Source of the DNA: an uncultured Pseudomonadales bacterium
GTDB taxonomy: Bacteria > Patescibacteriota > Microgenomatia > UBA1400 > UBA12028
Assembly (NCBI GenBank): GCA_964638785.1
Contig: CAZWYZ010000002.1
Coordinates: 5,022 to 38,309, forward strand
Length of the DNA: 33,288 nucleotides
Reading direction: 5' to 3'
Shown here piece by piece: positions 21,317 through 31,842 of the stretch (position 1 is the stretch's first letter; every line of letters starts with the position of its first letter). The position numbers and the translations under genes were made by a program. Under the pieces are notes generated by a model. It was given only the letters and a program-made list of their open reading frames with translations, did no database searches and was not told where the DNA came from.

Positions 21317-21526
21317 ATGTCACGTCGATCACTACTTCGCGGAGGGCTGTATCACATAAGCCTACTCTTTGTTACGTTCACCACATTCAATTGGGGATTT
21401 CGCGAGCTCTCTGGTGTTGATATTGCAGGACGCATCTTTCAAGGTGCTCAGATTCCACCGCAGGCAGTCGCTATTGCACTGTGTGCTGGTGCAGTGATGG
21501 TCTTATGGAATAACTGGGTGGACTAG
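21317..21526 (+). CDS. DUF378 family small membrane protein
   Basis: Contains FNWGF (the NWG motif) and two hydrophobic helices. The start is uncertain (TTG 21302, ATG 21308 or ATG 21317). Confidence 0.5.
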   Translation: MSRRSLLRGGLYHISLLFVTFTTFNWGFRELSGVDIAGRIFQGAQIPPQAVAIALCAGAVMVLWNNWVD

Positions 21527-21534
21527 CGAGAACT

Positions 21535-22500
21535 TTACGCTGCTTGACGCAACTCTTCGACGAGTGCAGGAAAGAAATTATCAACTGAGATCTTCCCAGC
21601 AGCTGCATCGTTGAGTCCCACATAGACACAGATTCGTTGTTGATCTGCGCTGATCTCAAATCCTCCTGAAAAAATAATGTGACCCAACTCTTCATTCTTT
21701 TCTTGGTCGCAATCAAAGTCATCAGCCTTCACGATAATTTTTACTGAAGAACACCTATTTGTTGTCGGATCATAGACAAAGATCATGGCATCATACTGTC
21801 TGACTCGTTTTCCACCAATCTCTACCCATCGTCCAACGTGGCCTAAAACCCATACCATTCCATCGACTTCGATTGCGTGGTTTGCTCCAACCCATTCATT
21901 TTCTGGAATGTGAAGTGGGAGGATGGGGGCATTGTGGACTACATCTGAGTCATAGTGTGAAAGGCCAGGAAAGAGTGACACAGAAATTCTCCCCCCAGCA
22001 GCCTCAACGCGATGCTGTCGCTGTGGTCTGCCAAAGACCAAGAGTCTTCCGTCATGGAGTCCCAGGAGTCGAATATCTTTCATCTCATCAGGGCCTCGTC
22101 CCTGTGGTGTGGGATGCAGATTACTATCAAGCGTGTAAAAAACTGTCCAGTATTTTTGTGCAAACTGCTTACCATTCTGATCCACTGCCCACTGCACGTA
22201 GATACCTGACAAGATGACTAGTCCATCCACTACTGAGATAGCTGGATCTTGAAGGGAAGGCAGGGAGAGTTCTATTGGCAACCATGTCCCATCTTTGAGT
22301 AGGCGAAAAGCAAAAATGCGTGAGTCGTCCTCTCTTTTCCGTTGCTCAACTCGCCCAAAGATGTAGGTTTCGCCTGCAATAGAAACAGGTACCGTAATGT
22401 TGTACACATCATGATCGGGAACCCGTAATGCAAGCAGCTCGCCTTTTTTTGCTCGCTGGCTCAAGGCTTGTGCGGATTCCTCAAGGTGTACGGTTTCCAT
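21535..22500 (-). CDS. hypothetical protein (321 aa), repetitive beta-strand-rich, possibly a beta-propeller
   Basis: Long ORF with coding-like composition. No family confidently recognised. Confidence 0.55.
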   Translation of the reverse strand: METVHLEESAQALSQRAKKGELLALRVPDHDVYNITVPVSIAGETYIFGRVEQRKREDDSRIFAFRLLKDGTWLPIELSLPSLQDPAISVVDGLVILSGIYVQWAVDQNGKQFAQKYWTVFYTLDSNLHPTPQGRGPDEMKDIRLLGLHDGRLLVFGRPQRQHRVEAAGGRISVSLFPGLSHYDSDVVHNAPILPLHIPENEWVGANHAIEVDGMVWVLGHVGRWVEIGGKRVRQYDAMIFVYDPTTNRCSSVKIIVKADDFDCDQEKNEELGHIIFSGGFEISADQQRICVYVGLNDAAAGKISVDNFFPALVEELRQAA

Positions 22501-22585
22501 TGTCGCAGTATAGACTCTATTTGCAGATTTACTCCAGGAATAGTATTATCAGGACCTTGTAGCTATAGTCTGAAAGGAGAACACC

Positions 22586-22803
22586 AGCGATTTTCATTTT
22601 TACGAGCGTGTGGTCCCTTCAATTGTAGAGAAGGGAAAACGAGGAGAGGGGTCGTGATAGCAAACGACAATCGGACAGTCAAAGTAAATATCTCTGACAA
22701 GTATCTGCGGAAACCCTCCGGTGCGACTTTGCATCGTCAGAAAAGAATCAAAACTTCATGGTAACGTGGAGCACCAAAGTTCTTGTTCACAAAAGTAAAT
22801 CGC
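22586..22803 (+). ncRNA. candidate glmS ribozyme-like leader element (unverified)
   Basis: TATAGT -10 at 22564-22569, then A/GCG at 22586. Hairpin TCCCTTC/GAAGGGA (22614-22636) abuts ACGAGG (22639-22644). GGAGAGGG can pair with CCCTCC (22714-22719), which is preceded by GCGGAAA. These resemble the GACGAGGAUGGAGG...GGCGGAUGCCUCC core of the ribozyme as recalled from B. subtilis. Confidence 0.3.
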
Positions 22804-22943
22804 TTCCAAACTTTTCTATCCACTCTCAGAGTGCATTTTTCTCTCAAGCATTGAGCAGAGGGCGTTGTCTTGGCTAATCCAAACAATTGCTTCTCCACGC
22901 TTCTTGCATGAGTCTATCAACCATTTTTTAAAAGGAGAAACGT

Positions 22944-24695
22944 ATGTGTGGAATCTTTGCATGTATACAAAACGAGCTGGTGGCAGCTCAAATAACTTTA
23001 GAAGCTTTGAAAAAACTTGAATATCGAGGCTATGACAGCTGGGGAGTCGCATGGCTTGCTGATCAAAAACTCAGTGTAGAAAAAGAGATCGGAAAAATTG
23101 GTGCCGCCAAACTTGACGATCAGGTACACGCCTTGATGGCGATTGGACACACTCGGTGGGCAACACATGGAGGTGTGACGCGCAACAACGCACATCCACA
23201 TCTTTCATGTGATGGACGGTTTGCCATCGTGCATAACGGAATTGTGGACAATTTCTTGAGTTTGAAAAAAGAACTCATTGCGAAAGGGCATCGCTTTCAT
23301 TCTCAGACAGACACGGAAGTAATTGTGCACCTCGTTGAAGAGATCTCAAAAGAAAAGTCTTTTGTTGAAGCAGTGACTGAAGCATTCCGTCGCTTAGAGG
23401 GAATGAATGCGTGCGTCATCATGGACACCGAGACGCATTCAATAATTGCTGTAAAAAATGGATCTCCACTCATCGTTGGAATAGGTCCAACGGGAGAATG
23501 GTACCTTGCCAGTGACGCAGTTGCGATTGCTCCACACACGAAAACTATTGCATCAATGAATGACAATGAGCTTGTTCATTTTGGTCCTGAGGGACTCACA
23601 GTTGTTGATGTTCGCGATGGAAGAAAAAAAGAAGTTGTCTGGGAACAGCTTTCGTATGACGTATCGGCAGTGACGGTGGGAGAATATCCCCATTTCATGA
23701 TCAAAGAAATCGGGGAGCAGCCAGCGGTTGCACATCGCATACTCTCGCAAGTTAGCACTCTCGATATTTTTCCCCAAATTAGCGGGAAGCGATGCTGGCT
23801 TGTCGGATGTGGAAGCGCCGGGTTTGCATCATTTTTTGGGCAGTACGTATTCACACAAGCAGGCATTGATGCACGCTACGTCGCAGGCAGTGAGTTTGGA
23901 TCACAGATTCATCTCGTTCGAAATGACGATGTCGTACTCTTTGTTTCACAAAGTGGAGAAACCATCGATCTCATTGAGCAAGCAATCGTGCTCCAGAAAC
24001 GACGTGTTCCCATACTAGCGATAGTCAATCGCGAGGGAAGCACACTAGCACGGCTTTCGACAAGCGTGGTGTTACTGCAGGCTGGACCTGAACAGTGTGT
24101 TTTAGCAACAAAATCGTTTACAGCTCAAGCCCTCGTCCTGATGCAACTTGCGAGTACCAATAGGGAGCAGACACAGGAGCAGATACGCAAAGCAATCGCG
24201 CGTATTGAGAAACTCCTCACAGCTGAATATAGACACACCGTGATCAGCCCAATTGCAAAGACACTTGCGCAGCACAAGAACCTCTTCGTGATCGGTCGTG
24301 GAAGCTCGTATCCACTCGCATTGGAAGTCGCTTTGAAAATAAAAGAAGTTACCTATGTCCATGCAGAAGGAATTGCGGCAGGAGAGCTCAAACATGGCAC
24401 AATCGCCCTTATAGAGCCCGGTACGCCGTGCATTGTTCTGGCACCGACAGATGAACACTCTGCTGCTATTCTCTCCAATACAATGGAGTTACGTGCCAGA
24501 GGGGCATATGTCATAGGGATTGCAGAAAAAAACCAAGAGTATTTTGATGCGCACATAGAAATTTCTGATTGTGAAACCGCAAGTGGAATTGCTGCAGTTG
24601 TATCAATGCAGCTTGTTGCATATGAAATGGCAGTACTGATGGGTCGTGATCCGGATAAACCACGCAACTTAGCAAAGTCAGTAACTGTGAAGTAA
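22944..24695 (+). CDS. glmS: glutamine--fructose-6-phosphate aminotransferase
   Basis: MCGI N-terminal nucleophile, two SIS domains, C-terminal KPRNLAKSVTVK. AAGGAG SD upstream. Confidence 0.92.
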   Translation: MCGIFACIQNELVAAQITLEALKKLEYRGYDSWGVAWLADQKLSVEKEIGKIGAAKLDDQVHALMAIGHTRWATHGGVTRNNAHPHLSCDGRFAIVHNGIVDNFLSLKKELIAKGHRFHSQTDTEVIVHLVEEISKEKSFVEAVTEAFRRLEGMNACVIMDTETHSIIAVKNGSPLIVGIGPTGEWYLASDAVAIAPHTKTIASMNDNELVHFGPEGLTVVDVRDGRKKEVVWEQLSYDVSAVTVGEYPHFMIKEIGEQPAVAHRILSQVSTLDIFPQISGKRCWLVGCGSAGFASFFGQYVFTQAGIDARYVAGSEFGSQIHLVRNDDVVLFVSQSGETIDLIEQAIVLQKRRVPILAIVNREGSTLARLSTSVVLLQAGPEQCVLATKSFTAQALVLMQLASTNREQTQEQIRKAIARIEKLLTAEYRHTVISPIAKTLAQHKNLFVIGRGSSYPLALEVALKIKEVTYVHAEGIAAGELKHGTIALIEPGTPCIVLAPTDEHSAAILSNTMELRARGAYVIGIAEKNQEYFDAHIEISDCETASGIAAVVSMQLVAYEMAVLMGRDPDKPRNLAKSVTVK

Positions 24696-24720
24696 TGTGA
24701 TGTATACTCAGCGTGAAACT

Positions 24721-25224
24721 ATGAAAAAAGATCGGTTAACACCGGTTGGTGAATCTGAAATTGTACGCCTACTGGGCGAGAAGAAGTTTGATCGTCGAAC
24801 TTTCGGAAAAGGGCTCGTCGCTGTACTTGGATCTCTTGCCGGCGCAACAATTGCGGAACTGGGTTTCGATATACTTCCAAAGTTAGTTCACAATCTTGTG
24901 CTGACGTCACATGAAGAGCATTTGCTCTATGCAAAGATATTCAATCAAACCACACGATTTGGAATAGGAATGTATCCTGATTTTGGTGTCCGTGGACAGG
25001 ATGCAATCCAAGATGCTTTTCATCTCGGAAAAAAAGAAGACGTGGTGCAGATTGGGTCGTTTGCGTTGCTTGAAGATATGGCGACTCCATCCGTGATGCT
25101 TGCACATGGAAAAAGACTCAAAGCGATCGAGGATTCTGGACAAATACCGCAACTTTCACTCGGAACAGGTGCATTCTTTCAGCCTCATCCTTTTGATGAC
25201 CGACACCTTGATACTCAAAATTAA
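24721..25224 (+). CDS. hypothetical protein with an N-terminal RR-x-F-x-K plus hydrophobic segment (signal/anchor-like)
   Basis: DRRTFGKGLVAVLGSLAGATIA. The start is uncertain (GTG 24697, ATG 24700 or ATG 24721). TATACT at 24702-24707 favours 24721. Confidence 0.45.
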   Translation: MKKDRLTPVGESEIVRLLGEKKFDRRTFGKGLVAVLGSLAGATIAELGFDILPKLVHNLVLTSHEEHLLYAKIFNQTTRFGIGMYPDFGVRGQDAIQDAFHLGKKEDVVQIGSFALLEDMATPSVMLAHGKRLKAIEDSGQIPQLSLGTGAFFQPHPFDDRHLDTQN

Positions 25225-25341
25225 ATTTTTGATCTGTGGTTTGATTTTATATATAAAAATACATCTGGAATAGTACATATTCGTTTTCTCTTTGAAGCGA
25301 ACTTATATAAAGGAGATATTGCGTATCGTAATGATGGCAGC

Positions 25342-25848
25342 ATGTCGCAAGAGAAACACCAAGCATATTTTAAAACCATTTTTGAGTACTTCTCATCTCA
25401 AATTCGCCAGCACAACGAAGCAAGTCAGCGACTCTTTTTGGATCTGTCTTTTTCAGCAGCTGGGGCAGGCATTGCAGAATATTTCCCTCAATGTGATGTT
25501 CGTGCAGCTGGCATAGATGTCTACAGCGATATCTATGGACGGTACGCACTGTGGAGTTTGTATGAACATATCTTTGACACACAACGCACACTGCTGAAGA
25601 ACTATATTCTGGTCGATGCACTCACGAAAGTAAAAAAACACTTTGGTGAAAACACGCGTGTGGTTCTCCATGAAATTGGTGCAACGACTGAAGACCTCGA
25701 CTGGTTTAAATCAGCACTTCTTTTATTCCTCGCTGCCGGAGGTGAAGAAATTATGTATTTTGGAATTAATAAAACTGAGACTGAACAACGTGACTTTACG
25801 CTCACACCTGCAGTAATAGATATTATGAAAACGATGGTTTCACTATGA
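25342..25848 (+). CDS. hypothetical protein (168 aa)
   Basis: ORF only, with AATGAT 6 nt upstream of the ATG. No family recognised. Confidence 0.45.
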   Translation: MSQEKHQAYFKTIFEYFSSQIRQHNEASQRLFLDLSFSAAGAGIAEYFPQCDVRAAGIDVYSDIYGRYALWSLYEHIFDTQRTLLKNYILVDALTKVKKHFGENTRVVLHEIGATTEDLDWFKSALLLFLAAGGEEIMYFGINKTETEQRDFTLTPAVIDIMKTMVSL

Positions 25849-28556
25849 GTTTTCGTGCCTCATCAGCAACGATCACACTCGATGCGATTGCGATGCACAG
25901 CAGCCACTGTGAGAGAGTCAGAGGAGTTGTGTGTAAGAGTTTTTGAAAGATCGGCGTATACATGGAAACCAGCTGCAATACGATCACAATCCCGGTTGCA
26001 TAGACAAGCGGCATATTTCCAAAGAGGGAAAGTTTCGTGAGTGAGAGGGAACGGCTTCGGCAGTTCCACGCATGAAACCATTGGTATGCTGCCAGTGTCG
26101 TCAATGTCATCGTTGATGCAATCGCGGCACCGACACCTGTATATTGGGAAAAGATATAGACTGTTCCTGCTGCCATACACAATCCAGAAACAACGGTACG
26201 GATAATCATCCCTTTATCAACTAATGCAGTCGATGCTTTGCTCCAATTGGTGCGCAAAATATTTTTTTCATGGGGTTCAAATGACAGCGCAACATCTAAT
26301 AATCTGAGCGGCACTAATGGGCGACGCAAATCCTAAAAGAAGTGCTCCAAAGAGTGTAAAAGCTTCTCCAGCACTGGATGACAATAAGTACACAATCACA
26401 TTCTTAATTGTTAAATACAAAGCCCGACCTTCTTCAATTGCAGCGGTAATACTTTTAAAATTATCATCAAGTAAAACGATATCAGATGCATCTTTTGCCA
26501 CCTCAGTTCCTTTGATCCCCATCGCAATTCCAAGATCAGCGGCGACTAAACTGGCAGCATCATTCACTCCGTCCCCAGTCATAGCAACAGTCTCACCATT
26601 CTCGCGCAGTGCTTGAATGATCTTTAATTTATGTTCCGGAGTAACTCGTGCAAATACAGTCACTTTTTGCGACGATTTCGTATGCAAGTGGGAAGCAAGC
26701 TGCGTTACACTCAGCTGCTCAATCTCATCACCAGTCATACTCTTGTCACCATCTTGGAAAATCCCAACTTTTTTCGCAATGGCTTTTGCTGTCTCCACGT
26801 GATCACCCGTGATCATCATGATTGTCAGCCCAGCTTCTCGTGCATGAGCGACTGCATCATTCACACCAGCCTGGAGGCTATCTTGCATCCCTACAAGTCC
26901 AACAAACTCGTAGGAGGACACAGATGCGAAGACACGATTTGAGAGATCTGTTGGCTTCTGGGAATAGGTATGTGTTGCTATCGCAATGACACGTAACCCA
27001 TTCCGTTGCATCTCATGCATCGCAAGTTCGACTTCATGTCTTTTTTTCTCAGGCATTGTACTGAGCTTGAGGATTACATCAGCCGCACCGATTCGTGCAA
27101 TTCGATATGTACCTTTGGTATCCACGAGTAAGTGTGATGAGTATTTATCATGGTAATCAAATGGAATGAAGGAAAGTCGCTGCATGGATGCAAGAGTAGG
27201 ATCAAATTTTTTTGCAGCAATCACACCTGCAATCTCCGTTGGGTCACCAACCGGAATATTTTTGCCTTCAAAATGGCGAATATACCCAGTTGTGGATGAC
27301 GCAACAATTGATAGTAAAGTAGCTAATTCAGTGTGCGCATCACGTTGAATTTTTTCTCCCTCAACCATGAAGTCACCATCATCCGAAAATCCTTGACCAG
27401 ACACATCATAGTGTTTGCCATTCGCAAGCAAAATGTGTTGCACGGAGAGCTCATTGAGCGTGATTGTTCCTGTCTTATCCACCGCAATAATGCTAGCGCT
27501 CCCTAATGCTTCGACGGCTTGCAATCGTTTGACCAACACATTGCGTTTACTCATGCGACCAACGCTTGTGGCCAGTACCAATGTCAAAATGACAGGGAGT
27601 CCTTCTGGAATCAGTGCCACAGTCATTGAAACTGCAGTCGTGAGCGACTCGACAAGATCAAGACCTTTCACAACACTAATTGCAAAGAAAAGAACGACGG
27701 CTGCGATCACGCAGAGAACGATCCCTCGTGCAAGTCTTTTTATTTTTCGTGCAAGGGGAACATCGGTGTCTAATGACGAGATTGTTGTCGCAAGTGACCC
27801 AATAACAGTGTGTGCACCAGTGGTTGTCACAATGGCTTTTCCGACACCAGTTGCAATCGTTGTGCCCTTAAAAATCATGTTTACTTGATCAGAAACAACT
27901 GCTTGCAGCGACTTGATTGGCTCGATTTGCTTATCAACAGGCACTGATTCACCAGTCAATGCTGACTCATCACTGCGTAGTGATTCGACTGAAAAGAGTC
28001 GTGCATCTGCAGGGATCTTCTCACCTTCTCGCACAATAATGATGTCGCCTGGAACAAGTTCACTATCTGGAATTTCTTCTTCTTTTCCATCTCGAATAAC
28101 GTGGGCAACTGTCGTAGCAAGTTTTTTCAAACCGGCTAATGTCGATTGTGAACGATACTCTTGAAATGTTCCTATCGATGCATTAAACAAAAGAACGATA
28201 GCGATAACGATGCTGTCTGAAATCCCGTGAATAAAATAGATGAGCACTGCACAGAGCACCAATACATAGACTAATGGGCTGGTAAATTGTGAGAAGAATA
28301 AAGCCAGCAGTGTCGGCGCTGGAACTTCAGGTACGACGTTGGGTCCATACTGTTGCTGTCTGCGTTCAAGCTCATCATGGTCTAGTCCTCCTTCTTGTGT
28401 GTGAAGCGTTGAAAATACATCCTGCGATGTCAATGTATGCCAGTTTGAAGTAGGGGAAGGTGTAGTCACAATGTACAGTTTATCAGAAGTGAGCTGGAAG
28501 CGGAATGAAAACAGGCGTTTTCTTTTTGTATTCTTCCCAGTCTGCTCGGCCTTCAT
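25823..28556 (-). pseudogene. P2A-type (Ca2+/SERCA-like) cation-transporting P-type ATPase, split by a frameshift near 26277-26329
   Basis: ORF 26277..28556 carries PEGLP, DKTGTIT, MITGDH and TGDGVNDA and then stops after ISAAQII. ORF 25823..26329, in another frame, continues with LDVALSFEPHEKNIL plus the last TM helices. The usual LWxNLxxD TM6 segment is missing. The N-terminal start is probably the GTG at 28469. Confidence 0.6.
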
Positions 28557-29256
28557 ATTTCTTCTCCAAGAGTGGAACTCCTGAAACGAAGCGGATGGTT
28601 GCAGTAATCACCGCAGCGCCGAGGAAACCAATGAAACCATACGGTACTTGCGATGCGATAAGGGCAATTGACCACCACATCAAGCTTTCACCAAAGTAAT
28701 TCGGGTGACGCGTATATTTCCACAAGCCAGTTTGCAAAATCTTACCTTTGTTCTCAGGATTCTTTTTAAAAGCAGCAAGTTGCGCATCGCCGACCGATTC
28801 AAAGAAAAAGCCAATACACCATCCCAAAAAACCAAAAACATCAACCCATCCCAATGAGGAGTCTTGTGAAAAAAGCATTGTGAGCTGAATAGGGAGGCTG
28901 ACAACAAGTAGAAAGCAAGCTTGCAGAAGGAAAACTTGGAGAAACGATTTGATCCACGCATGTTGTCCCCACGCGTCTCGCCAAGCTTTGTATCGATAGT
29001 CTTCACCTTTCCCTCTGTTTCGACGAAAGATATGGATGGCAAGTCGCGATCCCCAAATGAGCACAAGGGTCATAATGAGAAACGCACGAGGGGTATAGGC
29101 CTGGTGTACAACCATTGCAACAGTGCCAATCAAGATAAAGCCTAATCCCCAGGCAACATCAGCAACGGAGTTATCCGTTCGAATGAGGGCGATAATATAC
29201 ATGCACAAAAAGAAGAGAAGAAGGACAAGTGGTGGCAATAAAAAAGAAGGTAACAT
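28483..29256 (-). CDS. DUF1295 / steroid 5-alpha-reductase-like membrane protein
   Basis: Polytopic protein with DYRYKAW, GLWKYTRHPNYFGESLMWW, typical of DUF1295. Confidence 0.75.
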   Translation of the reverse strand: MLPSFLLPPLVLLLFFLCMYIIALIRTDNSVADVAWGLGFILIGTVAMVVHQAYTPRAFLIMTLVLIWGSRLAIHIFRRNRGKGEDYRYKAWRDAWGQHAWIKSFLQVFLLQACFLLVVSLPIQLTMLFSQDSSLGWVDVFGFLGWCIGFFFESVGDAQLAAFKKNPENKGKILQTGLWKYTRHPNYFGESLMWWSIALIASQVPYGFIGFLGAAVITATIRFVSGVPLLEKKYEGRADWEEYKKKTPVFIPLPAHF

Positions 29257-29297
29257 CGGGATGTATTGTCAGTATAGCAAACGCACAGACGCTTTGT

Positions 29298-29303
29298 TAC
29301 GAT
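29298..29303 (+). promoter_or_regulatory. -10 hexamer TACGAT, 6 nt upstream of ATG 29310
   Basis: TACGAT followed by gaatac and ATG. This is the leaderless layout in a core gene. Confidence 0.4.
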
Positions 29304-29309
29304 GAATAC

Positions 29310-31073
29310 ATGGCAAAAGAATCTGTACAAAAAACCCACACACTTCTTGACGAGTTTTCCTCAACTGCAATCGCTGGAAATGATATTTTATCGAGCTGTT
29401 TATACGTCTGTGGCATCGCCATTTTATTTGCAGGGGTCTATGCGCCGCTCATTTTTCTCTTGATTGGTTCCGTTCTGTGGCTCTATAAACACGTCTATAC
29501 GGAAGTCGTGGAAGCACTGCCACTCAATGGTGGGGCATATAACTGTCTCCTCAATGCAACCGTGAAACCACTTGCCGCAGTTGCTGGAGTCATGACAACT
29601 CTCTCCTATGTTGCAACAACAGTGATTTCTGCGAAGACCGCAGCTGCTTATCTTCATACAGTCATCGAGAAAGTACCAGTTTTGCCTACAACGGCAGGAA
29701 TCATCATCTTTTTTGCAGTTCTCGTTATCTTAGGAGTGAAGGATAGTGCCAAGGTTGCAAAAGCTATATTTCTCTTCCATATCTTTGTCCTTACCTTATT
29801 TGTATGCGTGGGATTACTGATTATCACCAACACTGGCTTTGGATTCATCCCTGAAAGTCTCGCGCGTACGCAACAGATGTTTCAAGAGCAGGGGATGTGG
29901 AGACTATTATTCTTTGCATTTGCAGCCTCATTACTTGGAGTCTCAGGATTTGAAAGTAGTGCAAACTTTGTTGAAGAGCAACAAAATGGTGTCTTTCGCA
30001 AAACTTTAAAAAACATGCTCATTGGAGTTGTCATCTTCAACCCTCTCATTTCCTTTGTCGTTTTAAGCTCGCTTCCACTGGAAACTATCGCTACTGTCAA
30101 AGACTTTGTGCTGGCAGATAGTGCAATGCAAATCGGAGGAACTGCCTTAAAATATTTAGTTGTCACCGATGCCTTCTTGGTACTTTCTGGTGCAGTGTTG
30201 GCAAGCTTTGTCGGCGCATCAGGTCTGCTGTATCGTATGACGCTCGATCACTGTTTCCCAAGCACAATTCTTTTACCGAAGCTGAAAAAAAGAAATCAAA
30301 ATACGACGCGGATCATCATTGCTTTCGCATTACTCTGCCTCTCAATTTTGGCAATGACGCAAGGAGAACTACTGTCGCTCGCAGGTGTGTACACAATTAG
30401 CTTCCTGGGTGTCATGACATTGTTTGCAATTGGGAATGTTATTTTGCGAACCAATCGTCCCGATCTTAAACGAACGTATAAATCACCTCTGATTTATGCA
30501 GTCATCGCGGCATTGGCAACCATTGCTGGAATTGTCGGTAATATCCTCATCGATCCACTGAACCTGACATTCTTTTTGCTCTACTTTATCCCTGTGATGA
30601 CACTTGTGTTGTGCATGATCTATAGAGACTATTTATTAGAGTGGGTCCTCGCGATTGTACAGGATATTCCATTTTTGGCAGTTCGAGTCGAGCCGTGGTT
30701 TCATCATGTCATCAGGCCACGCATTATTCTCTTCGCACACCACCCACATAAGCTCTTCCGCGCCCTGCAGTACATTCAGCGCAATGAGACGAGTCGAAAT
30801 ATCACCGTCGTTTTCTGTAAAGAGGAGAGTGATAATGCACAAATTCTTTTCGAGAAGTTCACACGCTATATTCAAACATTTAAAGAAGCGCATGTGTTTG
30901 AGAATATTCAAATTGATCTAGTTGTTGAAAACCAACAAGAGTTTGGTCCAGATCTTGTGAAAACCTATGCCTCCCGATACAAGATTCAGCGTAATAACAT
31001 CTTCATTGGATCAATTCATGATACGCATGAATTCTCGTTCGAGTCATTAGGTGGCGTACGAATCATCCAGTAA
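29310..31073 (+). CDS. APC-superfamily permease with a C-terminal cytoplasmic domain of about 150 aa
   Basis: About 12 hydrophobic helices and an N-terminal SSTAIAGNDILSSCLY motif. The architecture is reminiscent of KimA-type transporters (inference). Start set at MAKES (29310). Confidence 0.7.
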   Translation: MAKESVQKTHTLLDEFSSTAIAGNDILSSCLYVCGIAILFAGVYAPLIFLLIGSVLWLYKHVYTEVVEALPLNGGAYNCLLNATVKPLAAVAGVMTTLSYVATTVISAKTAAAYLHTVIEKVPVLPTTAGIIIFFAVLVILGVKDSAKVAKAIFLFHIFVLTLFVCVGLLIITNTGFGFIPESLARTQQMFQEQGMWRLLFFAFAASLLGVSGFESSANFVEEQQNGVFRKTLKNMLIGVVIFNPLISFVVLSSLPLETIATVKDFVLADSAMQIGGTALKYLVVTDAFLVLSGAVLASFVGASGLLYRMTLDHCFPSTILLPKLKKRNQNTTRIIIAFALLCLSILAMTQGELLSLAGVYTISFLGVMTLFAIGNVILRTNRPDLKRTYKSPLIYAVIAALATIAGIVGNILIDPLNLTFFLLYFIPVMTLVLCMIYRDYLLEWVLAIVQDIPFLAVRVEPWFHHVIRPRIILFAHHPHKLFRALQYIQRNETSRNITVVFCKEESDNAQILFEKFTRYIQTFKEAHVFENIQIDLVVENQQEFGPDLVKTYASRYKIQRNNIFIGSIHDTHEFSFESLGGVRIIQ

Positions 31074-31117
31074 GAATGTCAAAGAACTGCGGGATGAATA
31101 GTGGAGATAAAACGTAC

Positions 31118-31738
31118 CTAGAGCAGTACGCGTAAGATTGCTGATACTACCGGTGAGATTAAGCTACTCACTGCAGATCGTCCATTAAACGGCATGATCA
31201 AAAATAGCAAGATTATTGTTCCATATTGATGTAATACCTGATCCCATTCATGTGCGAGATCTTTTGGAGCCAGTCCAATGAGGATTTTTCCTCCATCAAG
31301 TGGATGAATAGGAATGAGGTTGAATATTGCTAATCCCACATTAGTCGAGATGACGAGCGCGATCACCGAATCCAGAATTGTATTGGCTGGAATGACAAAA
31401 TGGAGGATAAGTGCAAGGAGAAGGGCCAAGAGAATATTACTTGCAGGTCCAGCGGCGGCAATAAGTGCAGAATCCCGCTTGGGGTATTTTAAATTGTAGG
31501 GATCAAACTGCACAGGCTTTCCCCATCCAAATCCAATAAACACAATTGCTAATGTTCCCAACGGATCTAAGTGTGCCAACGGATTCAGTGTCACTCGACC
31601 TTGTAATCGTGGGGTTGGGTCGCCAAGTCTCTCGGCAATAAATGCATGGGCAAACTCGTGGATGGTAAGCGACACGACCAAAGCACCACCAACAAGCAGA
31701 AAGAGGAGAGGATCGCTCAAGAGAAGTTGAAATAGCAT
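31118..31738 (-). CDS. site-2 protease family (peptidase M50) membrane metalloprotease
   Basis: HEFAHA (HExxH) in TM1 and NLIPIHPLDGGKI (the LDG motif). Start set at MLFQLL (31738), which has TATTAT 6 nt upstream. Confidence 0.8.
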   Translation of the reverse strand: MLFQLLLSDPLLFLLVGGALVVSLTIHEFAHAFIAERLGDPTPRLQGRVTLNPLAHLDPLGTLAIVFIGFGWGKPVQFDPYNLKYPKRDSALIAAAGPASNILLALLLALILHFVIPANTILDSVIALVISTNVGLAIFNLIPIHPLDGGKILIGLAPKDLAHEWDQVLHQYGTIILLFLIMPFNGRSAVSSLISPVVSAILRVLL

Positions 31739-31744
31739 GTGGCT

Positions 31745-31750
31745 ATAATA
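31745..31750 (-). promoter_or_regulatory. -10 hexamer TATTAT (minus strand), 6 nt upstream of ATG 31738
   Basis: The minus strand reads TATTAT, agccac, ATG. Confidence 0.4.
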
Positions 31751-31842
31751 CCATTGTCGGCTCTCTTTATGGATACAAAGAATTATACTTGAATTCTCCT
31801 TCACTCGAGAAGCAGGGCAGAGAAATGAGTTTCATTTGGGGC

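Noticed and set aside
22468-22764. 98-aa plus-strand ORF in the glmS leader, and the 78-aa minus-strand ORF at 22816..23052.
   Set aside because: There is no SD or -10/ATG layout, and the translations are Arg/Cys-rich and unlike the neighbouring proteins. The region is better explained as a structured untranslated leader, and the minus-strand ORF overlaps the glmS start.
26317-28164. Multiple plus-strand ORFs (60-157 aa) opposite the P-type ATPase.
   Set aside because: They are antisense to a gene with clear ATPase motifs, show low-complexity Ser/Thr/Ala-rich translations, and have no start signals.
29229-29309. N-terminal 27-codon extension of the APC permease ORF.
   Set aside because: It overlaps the divergent DUF1295 gene start region. 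The ATG at 29310 has the TACGAT-6-ATG layout, and the transporter-like sequence begins there.
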